Source of the DNA: Candidatus Woesearchaeota archaeon
Lineage (GTDB): Archaea > Nanobdellota > Nanobdellia > Woesearchaeales > JAGVYO01
Reading direction: 5' to 3'
Assembly: GCA_018303225.1 (NCBI GenBank)
Contig: JAGVYO010000006.1
Coordinates: 1-48,046, forward strand
DNA: 48,046 bases
Numbering within the stretch: the first letter of the stretch is position 1; every line of letters starts with the position of its first letter. The position numbers were made by a program, and so were the translations under genes. This document shows positions 26,770 through 37,385 of the stretch, one piece after another. The notes under the pieces were generated by a model. It was not told the DNA's origin. It did not search any database and worked only from the letters and a program-made list of their open reading frames with translations.

Positions 26770-26973
26770 ACATTGACATTTTTATTTTATCTGCGGTAAG
26801 GCCCAAAGGAAAAATGACGCATTGGCAAAAGCCTTTTTATGGGAGAGGGGTTCATTGCAAAATGTCAGAAACCTTTAGGTTTCTGATCATGCTCAAGAAC
26901 CAAAGGTTCTTGACAATTTCATGCCGAAATTTTTGGGCTAATCGCTATCGCTTAAAGAATATTTTTTAATGCG
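26770..26973 (+). repeat. Repeat family B copy 4 containing family A copy 2 (26863-26915)
   Basis: GCAAAA|TGTCA..TGACA|ATTTCATGCCGAAATTTTTGG..CGCTATCGC..TTAATGCG. Confidence 0.85.
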
Positions 26974-27078
26974 CAAATGTCTTTTTCACAATGGGTGTCA
27001 CTTTAATGAGGAAGGTATACAGGCATACAGGAAACACCAGTATGCAATGCACAAAGCGTTTCCGTCGTTAAAAGCCTC

Positions 27079-27489
27079 TTACTTTAAGCGCTGCACCATC
27101 TTGACCGCTGCCTCGGTGGCGCTCTTGGCGTAGCTCTCGATGCGCTTCAGCCCGTCTGCCCGCGTCATCCGCGGACCCGAGACGCCCAGCGAAACGGGTT
27201 TTCCCGTAGCCACGGAGATGTCCATGATTTTCCGCGCCGCATTCTGGGCGATGATCTCGTCATGCGCCGTATCCTCTTCCACCACAGAGCCCAGCGTCAC
27301 CACACCGTCAATGTCCGGACTGTCCACCAGCTTTTTGACGGCCAGCGGCACGTCGAACACGCCCGGCACGCGGATGACCCTTTTCACGTCAGCCCCCAGG
27401 AAAACAGCGTGCTCCTGCGCGATTTTTTCCATCAGGTGCGTGATCTCCGCATTGTACTCTGAAATTACCAACCCCAACTTTTCGTTCAT
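27079..27489 (-). CDS. ribH: Lumazine synthase
   Basis: LGLVISEYN..IT, VPGVFDVPL, DGVVTLGSVV..DTAHD, KPVSLGVSGP. Confidence 0.95.
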   Translation of the reverse strand: MNEKLGLVISEYNAEITHLMEKIAQEHAVFLGADVKRVIRVPGVFDVPLAVKKLVDSPDIDGVVTLGSVVEEDTAHDEIIAQNAARKIMDISVATGKPVSLGVSGPRMTRADGLKRIESYAKSATEAAVKMVQRLK

Positions 27490-27513
27490 CTCAATCCCTC
27501 CTGTGTGAATGAT

Positions 27514-28628
<1,115 letters not shown>

Positions 28629-28734
28629 ATCATCCAGAAATGCGTACTGACTTATAAAGTTTATGCTTAACATTATTGAGTAACTAAGCCATCCGCTTGG
28701 ACAGGAGGTTGCCGCAGGAGCTATTCCGGCAGGG

Positions 28735-28807
28735 AGGAAGCAGCAAAAATTTCCGTAGGAAATTTTTGGTTCAATCGCTAACGCAACATAAATAAGAAAC
28801 AGTGCAC
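28735..28807 (+). repeat. Repeat family B, copy 5 (partial)
   Basis: CAAAAATTTCCGTAGGAAATTTTTG..CGCTAACGC; hairpin is the exact reverse complement of the one in copy 7. Confidence 0.8.
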
Positions 28808-28863
28808 ATCATTCTGCCTAAAGAAAAACTTATTTAAATAGAATAAGCATCCCTAAAAACCAG

Positions 28864-30054
28864 ATGTCTGAACATAAGCCGAGTCGGCCGCTCATTGTGG
28901 GCATGGACCCCGGGACCACGCTGGGGTATGCGTTTCTCGACATGGATGGTCGGCTGCTCGAGACGGGCTCGGCCAAGCAATTTCCGATTCATCTTCTGAT
29001 CAGAAAAGCCATGGATGCCGGCACGCCGCTGTTTGTGGGAACCGACAAGAGGAACGTCCCTTCGGCTGTCCAGGAATTTGCCGCCAAGACCGGCGCCCGG
29101 ATCATGGCGCCCGCTGAAGACCTCAAGGTGCAGGAAAAGAAAATATGGACGAAAGAGCATCGGCTGAGAAACGACCATGAGCGCGACGCGCTGGCAGCGG
29201 CGCTGTTTGCCTGCAACGAACAGCTTCCCCTCCGGAAAAAGATCGAAAAATACGCCCGCGATCACGACAAGGAGAGGCTCAAAGATGCGCTGCAGCTGAA
29301 AGTGCTGACCCAAGGCATCAACATCCGCGACGCCGCCATGCTGCTGGAAAACCCGCCCATCAATGAGAAGCCAAAAATCCCAATCATGCCGCAAATGCCG
29401 TTGACGGTGGAGAACCCTACCAATCTACAGGTACGGCTGCTGCGATTGAAGAAGGAAAACCGGCTGCTGCGGAAGCAGAACCTGAAATTGAAACAGAGAT
29501 CGGCGAAAGAAGAGCACAAGCATAGGAAAGAGACCAAAAAGCTGCAGAAAGAAAATGTAAAAGAAAGAAATGAGACGGCGCTCCGCTTCAAGGAGAACCG
29601 CATCCGTTATTTCGACCGGGCGCTGCGGGAGAAGAACCATGAGGTGGAAACGATACGGCAGGAAAAAAGACAGCTGCTCTCCTTCTTTGGAAAGCTGAAA
29701 GACCATTATCTGCTCAAGAAGCTCAGCCATCTGGGACAGGAGGAATGGGAGCAGAAAAATGCCATCCTAAACATCCAGGAAGGAGATATGCTGCTGGTAG
29801 ACGATCCGAACCGGTTCAGCGAATCCATCGTAGAGAAGATAAAGGGTAAGGTGGATATCATCGTGCACCGGCTGCCCGTCAGCCCAAAACTCAAGGAGCA
29901 ATGGCCCTTCCTCTTTATACCGGCCCATTACCTGCGCATCGAAGAGAACGGCTACGTCGCCATCGTCCCGAGAAAAGACGTAGACCGGGAGCGGAAGAGC
30001 CGGGACGCATTGCAGAAGATGGTGGAAGATTACCGCAAAGAGCGTTTAGCCTAA
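28864..30054 (+). CDS. DUF460 family protein (RNase H-like N-terminus + coiled coil)
   Basis: IVGMDPGTTLGYAFLDMDG, GTPLFVGTDK, EDLKVQEK, NDHERDALAAA. Confidence 0.88.
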   Translation: MSEHKPSRPLIVGMDPGTTLGYAFLDMDGRLLETGSAKQFPIHLLIRKAMDAGTPLFVGTDKRNVPSAVQEFAAKTGARIMAPAEDLKVQEKKIWTKEHRLRNDHERDALAAALFACNEQLPLRKKIEKYARDHDKERLKDALQLKVLTQGINIRDAAMLLENPPINEKPKIPIMPQMPLTVENPTNLQVRLLRLKKENRLLRKQNLKLKQRSAKEEHKHRKETKKLQKENVKERNETALRFKENRIRYFDRALREKNHEVETIRQEKRQLLSFFGKLKDHYLLKKLSHLGQEEWEQKNAILNIQEGDMLLVDDPNRFSESIVEKIKGKVDIIVHRLPVSPKLKEQWPFLFIPAHYLRIEENGYVAIVPRKDVDRERKSRDALQKMVEDYRKERLA

Positions 30055-30477
30055 CTCCGCATACGGCAGCTGCATCCTCTTTCCGGTATCCATATTCTTT
30101 ACGCCCACTTTCTTCCCCAGAAAAAGGATTTTGAGATTCTCGCCGCGGTGCACGACCACCTGGCCTTTCTTGAAAGGATACAGGCGGAACAGGACATTGA
30201 CCCGGTAGACTTCCCGGCTGGTCTGGTGGTGCCGGGTGAAAAGTTTCGCGCTGACGATAAGCTCGCCGCCAAAATGCTCCTGGAGCATCTTCCCCAGTTT
30301 CCTCATAAACCGCTGGGAGCTCAGGTACAGATCCCATCCGTTTTTGACCTTTAGCTGCTTGCTCATGAAGACCCCCTCTTGCCGGGACACGTTCTGCTGG
30401 ACAAAAACCAGGACAACCTGGGTAGGGTTCCGCAGCTGGAGGATGCCCTCGAAATAATTGGAATGGACGCTTTTCAC
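30046..30477 (-). CDS. Short NMD3-like protein (C-terminal domains only)
   Basis: YFEGILQLRN, GWDLYLSS, FGGE..SAKLFT..TSREVYRVNVLFR; GTG start at 30477 chosen to avoid overlapping the signal peptidase gene. Confidence 0.75.
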   Translation of the reverse strand: MKSVHSNYFEGILQLRNPTQVVLVFVQQNVSRQEGVFMSKQLKVKNGWDLYLSSQRFMRKLGKMLQEHFGGELIVSAKLFTRHHQTSREVYRVNVLFRLYPFKKGQVVVHRGENLKILFLGKKVGVKNMDTGKRMQLPYAELG

Positions 30478-30529
30478 GGAGCATCGGAAAATAGATAGGT
30501 TTTTATTAGTTTCGTTGCGAGAAGTCCCC

Positions 30530-31132
30530 ATGGCCCGATCCCGCAAAGCGCTCAGCTGGAGAAAGGTATGGAAGTTCATCTGGGACGACAACTCCATATG
30601 GAGCTGGCTCGTGAACGTCATTCTGGCGTTTGTGCTGATCAAGTTCATCATTTTCCCTACTCTTGGGTTTGTGCTGTCCACGACGCATCCCATCGTGGCC
30701 GTGGTATCGGGAAGCATGGAGCACGATGCACGGTTCGAACCATGGTGGGAGGCTCACGGCCAATGGTACGAAAGCCGGAACATCACGCTGAAAGAATTCC
30801 GGAGCTTCCCGTTCAGGGAAGGGTTTAACCGCGGGGACATCATGCTCCTCTACGGGAAAAAACCCAAAGATATAAAAAGAGGCGACGTGATTGTTTTTCA
30901 GAGCACAAGCCGCGACCCGATTATCCATCGCGTGGTGGACAAAAGACAGGATAAAAGCGATTATGTGTTCCAGACCAAAGGCGACAACAACGCGGATTCC
31001 ATCAAGACGTCCCAGCTGGACGAGACCCGCATCCCCGAAGCGCAGGTGATCGGAGCAGCTGTGTTCCGCATCCCGCTCCTGGGGTATGTGAAGATCATTT
31101 TCATCGAAATCATCCAGATGTTCCAGAGGTGA
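30530..31132 (+). CDS. Signal peptidase I (Sec11 type)
   Basis: VVSGSMEH, GDVIVF, PIIHRV, TKGDNN, IPLLGYVK. Confidence 0.93.
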   Translation: MARSRKALSWRKVWKFIWDDNSIWSWLVNVILAFVLIKFIIFPTLGFVLSTTHPIVAVVSGSMEHDARFEPWWEAHGQWYESRNITLKEFRSFPFREGFNRGDIMLLYGKKPKDIKRGDVIVFQSTSRDPIIHRVVDKRQDKSDYVFQTKGDNNADSIKTSQLDETRIPEAQVIGAAVFRIPLLGYVKIIFIEIIQMFQR

Positions 31133-31135
31133 ACC

Positions 31136-31456
31136 ATGTTTTGCCCGAAATGCGGCTCCATCCTGGTGCCGAAGAAAGAAGACACCAAGAAGGTGATGGC
31201 ATGCTCTTCCTGCGGCTACAAGACCGACAAGACCCGCGACGCGACCATCAAAGAGGTAACGGGCAAAAAGACCCGCAGAGTAGAGGTCATTGAGCATGGC
31301 GAACTCGATACGCTGCCGAAGACTGCTGCAGAATGCCCGAAATGCGGCTACAAAGAGGCGCGCTACTGGCTCGTCCAGACAAGAGCGGGCGACGAGCCCG
31401 AGACCAAGTTCCTGCGGTGCGTCAAGTGCGAGCACACCTGGCGCGATTATGATTAA
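31136..31456 (+). CDS. tfs: Transcription factor S
   Basis: MFCPKCG..CSSCGY; CPKCG..QTRAGDEPET.FLRC..C..TWR. Confidence 0.95.
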   Translation: MFCPKCGSILVPKKEDTKKVMACSSCGYKTDKTRDATIKEVTGKKTRRVEVIEHGELDTLPKTAAECPKCGYKEARYWLVQTRAGDEPETKFLRCVKCEHTWRDYD

Positions 31457-31459
31457 GCG

Positions 31460-31675
31460 ATGAGAATAACCGTCCTCGCAAAGCCGAACAAGCCCAAGAC
31501 AGAACTGATTTCTGCAGACCCCGGCAAGAACACCTACCTCATCCACCTCAAGGCGCGGCCCGAGAACAACAAGGCCAACATTGAATTGCTGAAGTTCCTG
31601 AAGAAACACTTCAGGAAAGAAGTTTCGATCGTAAGCGGCTTCACTTCCAAGAAGAAAATCATCGAGCTGAAGTGA
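31460..31675 (+). CDS. DUF167 family protein
   Basis: KPN..LKARPENNKANIELLKFL..IVSGFTSKKK. Confidence 0.9.
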   Translation: MRITVLAKPNKPKTELISADPGKNTYLIHLKARPENNKANIELLKFLKKHFRKEVSIVSGFTSKKKIIELK

Positions 31676-31782
31676 ACCCAAAACTTTATAAACTACCATC
31701 CTACCTAAATACGTAAAAAAGAGGGGTGATTGCAATACCGATAGCAGGTAGTTCTGGGTGGATGTTTCTCTTACAGGTATTG

Positions 31783-32727
31783 ATGGCTTCTCAAAAAGTT
31801 CCGAAGAAAAAGAAAGCCAAGAGAGCTTCTGCAAAAACCAATAGAACAAAAGCGCAGGCGCCCTCTAAAAGAACGCCTTTTGACGCATTGCCTTCGGTGG
31901 AGACGGACGAGCTGCTGCCGCCTCCACCCCCGGAAGCCGCTACGGAGATTTCTGCCCCTGCTAATGACCTTCCTCCCCCGCCGGTATTTACGCCCGGCCA
32001 TGAGAAATGGGGGGTGTGGGAGGACATGAAGAAAACCATGGGCCTCTTCAAGAGCCGCCGCACCGAGGCAGAGCGCGAGAAGCGCCGGGAGCAGAAAAAA
32101 CTTGAGAAAGAGCGGAAACGGATGGAAAATCTGCAGCTCAAGGAGTTCCGCCAGGAAAAACCGGAGAGCATCACACTGGACTCTGAAAAAGCGCTGGAGC
32201 AGAAACGGAAGGAGCTGGAATCCGTCGAGCTTCCACCTATGGAAATGCCCGTAAAAGGGAGAAAGCAAAGGCAGAAAAAGCAGAAGGAGATAGAACTGCC
32301 ATCGTTTGAATCATCCGAGGACATCCTTAAAGAAAAAGAGGGATCCCTTGACGCATGGGGATTGCCCGCCTTCGGGCCAGAAGATGCAGGGTCAGGAGAC
32401 CTTCCAAAGCTGGAGAGCATAGAAGAGAAACGGCCCATGGAGCACCCGGGCCACCGCATGGAGATCAGAAGAGCCATCGAGAAGGCCAGAACACAAAAGC
32501 CCGCTGCCGTGATGGAAGGAGACACGGTCTTGGCAGTGATGAACCAGATGGCAGAAGATGGGAGGGAAGCCCTCCTCAACATGAACCTTGCGCGCGCACG
32601 ATACATCTACATCGAGCTGATGAAGATCTACCGGAGGCTTCCGGACGAAGAGCGGCAGAAGACCTACGAGATGCTGAAGGAATTGTATGAAGAGCGTAAA
32701 TCAGCGGAAAAGCTAACTCGTGCCTAG
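31783..32727 (+). CDS. Hypothetical Pro/Glu/Lys-rich protein with C-terminal helical domain
   Basis: Long ORF with poly-Pro tracts; start uncertain. Confidence 0.7.
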   Translation: MASQKVPKKKKAKRASAKTNRTKAQAPSKRTPFDALPSVETDELLPPPPPEAATEISAPANDLPPPPVFTPGHEKWGVWEDMKKTMGLFKSRRTEAEREKRREQKKLEKERKRMENLQLKEFRQEKPESITLDSEKALEQKRKELESVELPPMEMPVKGRKQRQKKQKEIELPSFESSEDILKEKEGSLDAWGLPAFGPEDAGSGDLPKLESIEEKRPMEHPGHRMEIRRAIEKARTQKPAAVMEGDTVLAVMNQMAEDGREALLNMNLARARYIYIELMKIYRRLPDEERQKTYEMLKELYEERKSAEKLTRA

Positions 32728-33261
32728 TTTTAACAGAATGCGGTCTATTTTCTGATGCAGCTCATCCATCGTTCCTGAATTATCTACCGTAAAATCCGCT
32801 TCCCTTATACAGGCACGGATCTCCTGGCCTTTGGAAGCGCCTTCGTTCTCCGCATCATCAATCTTCTTAAATGCTTCAAATGTAACCGGGTCTCCTTTTC
32901 GCTTTCGCGCTTTCAGGCGCTCAAAGCGCAGCTTCTGCGGTGCATCCACGGCAATAAGGTAGAAGGAAGGGGCTTTCCGCAGCTCGGCCAGCTCAACCCG
33001 GTTGCGGACGCCGTCCAATACGGCTTTGTCGCCCTTGATTTTTTTCAGCAGTCTTTTTGCGATAACGCCCTGGTCATCGTATTCCCTGCGCAGCAGGTTG
33101 CCAACATGCTGCAAGCCCTCCCGGGATTGGGGAAGGCTTCTCTTCTTGGCCTCTTCACGGATGATATCAGAAAACGTATAGTATTCAAACCCTTTGCGCT
33201 TGAGGTAAGAGGCCACTTCGCCCTTACCCGCTGCAATGGTGCCCACGAGACCGATAATCAT
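32713..33261 (-). CDS. P-loop nucleotide kinase (dephospho-CoA/dNMP kinase-like)
   Basis: IIGLVGTIAAGKG, FSDIIREE, DGVRN..E, RFERL..R.R.GD, ADF.VDNSG. Confidence 0.85.
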   Translation of the reverse strand: MIIGLVGTIAAGKGEVASYLKRKGFEYYTFSDIIREEAKKRSLPQSREGLQHVGNLLRREYDDQGVIAKRLLKKIKGDKAVLDGVRNRVELAELRKAPSFYLIAVDAPQKLRFERLKARKRKGDPVTFEAFKKIDDAENEGASKGQEIRACIREADFTVDNSGTMDELHQKIDRILLKLGTS

Positions 33262-33301
33262 AAGAAAGAATAATCGTGTTGCGATTTAAATAATTATTGC
33301 C

Positions 33302-33517
33302 TCACTTCTTTTGAAGCGCCTTATTGATCTTTTCCAGCATCATGACCAGCTCCTTATCAGTCATCCGGGCCATCTTCGCCAGATTTCCAACGATCTCTGC
33401 CTTGGATGTGTTGTTTTCATGGCAAACCACTCCGAAACCTGCCATGATCTTCAGGGAATCCGGATACTTAGAACGAAGCTCTTCAAACGTAGTGTCCTGC
33501 GTCACAAATGGTTTCAT
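33302..33517 (-). CDS. DUF1858-like small protein
   Basis: VTQDTTFEEL..KYP..IM..FGV.C; TGATG-coupled to dcd. Confidence 0.6.
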   Translation of the reverse strand: MKPFVTQDTTFEELRSKYPDSLKIMAGFGVVCHENNTSKAEIVGNLAKMARMTDKELVMMLEKINKALQKK

Positions 33518-34077
33518 CAATCACCCGAGATTCTGCTGGGCTGCGGCCCGGTCTGCTTAAGATACTTGGATCCCTTGCGCGTGTTATACGGATTCTCGCT
33601 CGGCGAACTGAGCATATCGAACGTAAGCCGGCAGATCCTGGAGCCCGGCCACAATTTAACCGGCACCTTGGAGATGTTGGCCATCTCCAGTGTCAATTGC
33701 CCTTCAAACCCCGGATCAATAGAGCCTGCAGTCGAATGGATTACAATGCCCAATCTGCCCCATGAACTCCGGCCGTCCAATCTGCCCACCATATCCCCCG
33801 GCAGCTTCACGTATTCCATTGTGTTGGACAAAACAAATTCACCGGGGTGAATAATGAACGACTGGCCTTCAGGGATCTCGATCAGGGACATCAGCTCATC
33901 TTTGGCATTTTCCCGCGGATCGATATGCGTGACCTCTGCATGCTTGAAGACCATGAACTTGTTGCCCAGGCGCAGATCAATGGAAGAAGGTCCGATATGC
34001 TCTTCCTGCAAGCCTTGGATTACAATCTTGCCTGAGGAAATAGCCTTTTTGATGTCACGGTCGCTTAGAACGGTCAT
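33517..34077 (-). CDS. dcd: dCTP deaminase
   Basis: LSDRDI, PSSIDLRLG, GRSSWGRLG, TAGSIDPGFEGQLTLE, SKYLKQ. Confidence 0.96.
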   Translation of the reverse strand: MTVLSDRDIKKAISSGKIVIQGLQEEHIGPSSIDLRLGNKFMVFKHAEVTHIDPRENAKDELMSLIEIPEGQSFIIHPGEFVLSNTMEYVKLPGDMVGRLDGRSSWGRLGIVIHSTAGSIDPGFEGQLTLEMANISKVPVKLWPGSRICRLTFDMLSSPSENPYNTRKGSKYLKQTGPQPSRISGD

Positions 34078-34151
34078 AAGCCGCGGGATAAGAGGGGGCT
34101 TTTTATAGTTTTCCACAAAGTATAAAAAAGCGGTTTGAATTGCCTATATCC

Positions 34152-34766
34152 ATGGCAAAAGGCCTATTTATCGTATTGGATGGGTTAGACGGCTCTGGAA
34201 AGAGCGTGATGATAGAGCGGTTAAAGAGATACCTCGATTCGAAGGGCTACCGGATCCTGGCCACAAGGGAGCCCACAGACGGCGAATACGGCAGGCAGGC
34301 CCGTGAACTGTTAAAGAGGGAGAAAGACCCCATGGCCAATGCGCAAAAATGCCTGGAACTGTATGTGAAGGACCGGAAGGAGCACCTGGAGAAGACTGTT
34401 CTCCCCTTCCTAAAGAAAGAAGGGAGCAATATAGTCCTTTGCGACCGCTATTATTATTCCACCCTTGCCTTCCAGCATACCCAGGGATTGAGCTGGGAAA
34501 ATGTCCTTAACGCCAATAAAGGGTTTGAAAAGCCCGATGTCGCATTTATTCTTGACGTGCCGCCTGAAACTGCATTAGAGAGGATTTCGAAATCCAGGAA
34601 TCAGAAAGAGAAGTTTGAGCAGCTGGAGTTCATGAAGAAGCTGAGGAAGAATTTTCTGCAGTTGCCAGAATTGTTGAAAGAGGACACTATCAGGATCATT
34701 GATGCGTCCAAAGGAAAAGAGGAGGTTTTCAAGCAGCTAAAAGAAGAGATGGATAAACTGCTCTAG
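34152..34766 (+). CDS. tmk: Thymidylate kinase
   Basis: FIVLDGLDGSGKS, TREP, DRKEH, LCDRYYYSTLAFQ, PD.AFILDV. Confidence 0.95.
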   Translation: MAKGLFIVLDGLDGSGKSVMIERLKRYLDSKGYRILATREPTDGEYGRQARELLKREKDPMANAQKCLELYVKDRKEHLEKTVLPFLKKEGSNIVLCDRYYYSTLAFQHTQGLSWENVLNANKGFEKPDVAFILDVPPETALERISKSRNQKEKFEQLEFMKKLRKNFLQLPELLKEDTIRIIDASKGKEEVFKQLKEEMDKLL

Positions 34767-35107
34767 AAATTCGTCCGTACATAAGGTTCATCGGGCGTTT
34801 CCCCACGGATTTTCGGCTTTTCGTGCGCTTCCTTCTTATCGTTTCGCTTATGCCTTAGGATAACCGCCACAGCAACAATGGCCACGCCCAGAATGATAGA
34901 AGGCCACAGGAATTGGTTCTGAATAACGATCTCCTTTTCCAGAACGGGAATCTGATTGCAGGTATGCCCGACATCGCAGTAATAGCCGCTGCCGCAGTCG
35001 TCATTGGAATTGCACTCCCGATAGCCGAGATTGATCAGCCACGCAAGAAAAAAGGCAATAATAATGACGACAATGGTGACCGTGAAAACCTCTCCCTTCC
35101 TGTTCAT
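34763..35107 (-). CDS. Small membrane protein with Cys-rich loop
   Basis: MNRKG-E then TM, ECNSNDDCGSGYYCDVGHTC, second TM. Confidence 0.75.
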   Translation of the reverse strand: MNRKGEVFTVTIVVIIIAFFLAWLINLGYRECNSNDDCGSGYYCDVGHTCNQIPVLEKEIVIQNQFLWPSIILGVAIVAVAVILRHKRNDKKEAHEKPKIRGETPDEPYVRTNF

Positions 35108-35255
35108 GCAACCACTCCCGGAAGCGAGGAAAGAAAGGCATTATTTAAATCTTTACTTCAGAGTGATTAAGGTGTAGGTTTTAACTCCCACCTATAGAAA
35201 CGAAATGTCCTTCTGCGGCGCACAAGATAAGAACCATCGGAAGAGAGAAGCAGTA

Positions 35256-35354
35256 TTATTCCGGCTCTTCGCTCTCTTCGTCTTCCTCGTCCTTCACCAA
35301 AAACTGCCGCAGGGTCTTGTTGCGCTTTATTGTTTTATAGCTGATTCCATCCAA
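35256..35354 (-). CDS. Possible 32-aa acidic peptide
   Basis: TTG start after GAGG: MDGISYKTIKRNKTLRQFLVKDEEDEESEEPE. Confidence 0.4.
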   Translation of the reverse strand: MDGISYKTIKRNKTLRQFLVKDEEDEESEEPE

Positions 35355-35380
35355 TGTACTCGCCTCTTTTTCTGGAAAAT

Positions 35381-35812
35381 TTAATGACCGGTACTTCCGA
35401 AACCGCCCTCTCCCCGCGAGGTGTCATCCAATTGGGGCACTTCCTCAAATTGGACGGTCTCGATTTTTTTGAACACCATCTGGGCAACCTTTTTGCCTTT
35501 CTCAATTTTTATAGGTTCGCTGCCCAGATTGATGCAGATAACACCTACTTCTCCCCGATAGCCGGCATCGATGGTACCGGGTGTATTGACAATGGAAAGC
35601 CCGAATTTCAGGGCCAGACCCGATTTGGGCCTTACCTGGGCTTCATACCCTTTCGGAACCGCAATCTTGATACCGGTGCGGATCAATCTGCGCTCACCGG
35701 GCTTCAGCACTGCGTCCTCAGCTGCATACAAATCCACCCCTGCGTCGCCGGGATGCGCGTACGAGGGAATGACAGCACCCTCTGTAATTTTTTGGATTTT
35801 GACAGTAAGCAT
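35381..35812 (-). CDS. dut: Trimeric dUTPase
   Basis: DAGVDL, RPKSGLA, NTPGTIDAGYRGEV, KVAQMV, RGEGGFGSTG. Confidence 0.97.
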   Translation of the reverse strand: MLTVKIQKITEGAVIPSYAHPGDAGVDLYAAEDAVLKPGERRLIRTGIKIAVPKGYEAQVRPKSGLALKFGLSIVNTPGTIDAGYRGEVGVICINLGSEPIKIEKGKKVAQMVFKKIETVQFEEVPQLDDTSRGEGGFGSTGH

Positions 35813-35913
35813 GCTCACACCAAAAAGATGTCAATCCTTCCAACACATAGCTTATATTTAAAGTATGTTGAAATGAGAAATATAGTTTTGGAAAAGGTAT
35901 ATTGCATGTGAGT

Positions 35914-36420
35914 TTAAGTGAATTTGCCCATGTCCATCAGCGAGGTAATATGGTGCGACAGGATTTTTCCGTCCGCGGCGCTGAGCTTGATGTTAAGGGC
36001 GTTGAACGCCTGCGTCACAAACGTAAAATTCCAGATCGGGCCCAATTTGTCCAGGTTCTGAAGGATGCAGATCCGCTTGAGCACGGTTTCCCGGGGATAC
36101 GTCTTCTGCTGGAACCCATCGGCCTTTTCAACAGCTTCGGGAAGGGAAAGCTTGACATCCGGCAACGCCACTTCCCTGATCCGCTTCTCCTTTTTCTGGA
36201 AAATCTCTTCTTCCGGCACGGCCGCGACCGTGCTGCCTTCGATGATGAAAGTGGCAATCTTGTTGCTGTCCGGGTTGTAGTAGCCCAGCTGCCACGGCGC
36301 CTGCTGCTGATTCTCCACCATGGTGAATGCGGAGGATAGATAGCCGTCTTTATGGCTCGTTTTCCATTCCTTGAAAAGTTTATGTGTCTCCAGCGCTTTT
36401 ACCGCTTCGGCAACGTCCAT
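35914..36420 (-). CDS. Hypothetical protein (PepSY-like repeats)
   Basis: WQLGYY..; ICILQN..WNFTFVT..NIKLSAADGKIL. Confidence 0.7.
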   Translation of the reverse strand: MDVAEAVKALETHKLFKEWKTSHKDGYLSSAFTMVENQQQAPWQLGYYNPDSNKIATFIIEGSTVAAVPEEEIFQKKEKRIREVALPDVKLSLPEAVEKADGFQQKTYPRETVLKRICILQNLDKLGPIWNFTFVTQAFNALNIKLSAADGKILSHHITSLMDMGKFT

Positions 36421-36509
36421 AAGAAAAGAGAAAGAACGGTGCATTATAAAAAAGTTGCTATATGGGGAACAAGATTGGATATATTAAGAGGGAAACATTT
36501 GAAAAAAAT

Positions 36510-36673
36510 GATGCATTTGAAAGAATTTCTTTTTAACGAAAGAGGAAGTGTCAAAAACCGTTAGGTTTTTGAGCATGCTCAGAAATCTTTGATTTCTGAC
36601 AGAGCAAAAACTTCCTCCGGAAATTTTTGGATTGGTCGCTATCGCAACAAAAAATAAAAAAGAAGTTTAATGG
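36510..36673 (+). repeat. Repeat family B copy 6 containing family A copy 3 (36549-36601)
   Basis: TGTCAAAAACC..GGTTTTTGAGCATGCTCAGAAATC..GATTTCTGACA then CAAAAACTTCC..GGAAATTTTTGG..CGCTATCGC. Confidence 0.85.
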
Positions 36674-36689
36674 AAAAAATGAGCTATAT

Positions 36690-37286
36690 TTATATCGTTA
36701 CCAAAACACCTTCAGGCCCTGGATTGATTAGCCGGGTGATTCCTATTTTGTCCTTTTTCCCCGCATTCTCATGCAGATGACCTGAAACCGCCAGTTTCGG
36801 CTTGAAGTCTTTGATAAATTTAGTGTAGGATTTGTTTCCGCAATAAGCACCGCTCAGCTTGTCCAGCCTGTTGCCGTACGGCGGCTGATGCGTCACCAGC
36901 ACACGGGATTTCGCTTTTCTCAGTTTTTCTTTGTGCTTTTTTACGGATTTTTCAAAGCCTTTGTCCGTGCTCGCAAATCCGCCACCACCATAACCAAAAA
37001 ACAAGACACCGCCTTTCTCATCGGTAGTGTTATGAATAAAAACAAGGTTCCTGAACATCCCGCAGGCTTTTTTCAGAGAGGCATCGCCCTCGTGATTGCC
37101 CGGAATCATCAGCACCGGGATGCCGATCTTGCTTAGTTTTGACAATAGTAAATCCAGCCCCCTCTCAAAATTAGAGAGGTCGCCGGCGCAGATCAGCAGA
37201 TCGGGGTTTTCCTTCTTCGCTTTCTCCTGGATTTTGCTTAGGGCCTTCAGCGAGCCGTGCACGTCTGCAAACAGGAGGAGTTTCAT
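36690..37286 (-). CDS. Calcineurin-like metallophosphoesterase
   Basis: ADVHG, AGDL, PGNHE, THQPP, SGHLHE, NPG. Confidence 0.92.
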   Translation of the reverse strand: MKLLLFADVHGSLKALSKIQEKAKKENPDLLICAGDLSNFERGLDLLLSKLSKIGIPVLMIPGNHEGDASLKKACGMFRNLVFIHNTTDEKGGVLFFGYGGGGFASTDKGFEKSVKKHKEKLRKAKSRVLVTHQPPYGNRLDKLSGAYCGNKSYTKFIKDFKPKLAVSGHLHENAGKKDKIGITRLINPGPEGVLVTI

Positions 37287-37385
37287 ACATCAGGGGGCAG
37301 AGTAAGGGTATTTAAATAATATGTAACCACTCTATGATGAGAAAAGATAGAAAAGTTTATAAAGCGCTTAAAAACTTTGATAAGT

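Noticed and set aside
28683..28810. FMN riboswitch upstream of the rib operon
   Set aside because: No RFN consensus, it lies upstream of the TATA box, and much of it is repeat B5.
30506..31849. 447-aa minus-strand ORF
   Set aside because: Antisense to signal peptidase, tfs and DUF167; no motifs.
35820..35912. NrdR boxes upstream of dut
   Set aside because: Only half-site matches with no 31-32 bp pair.
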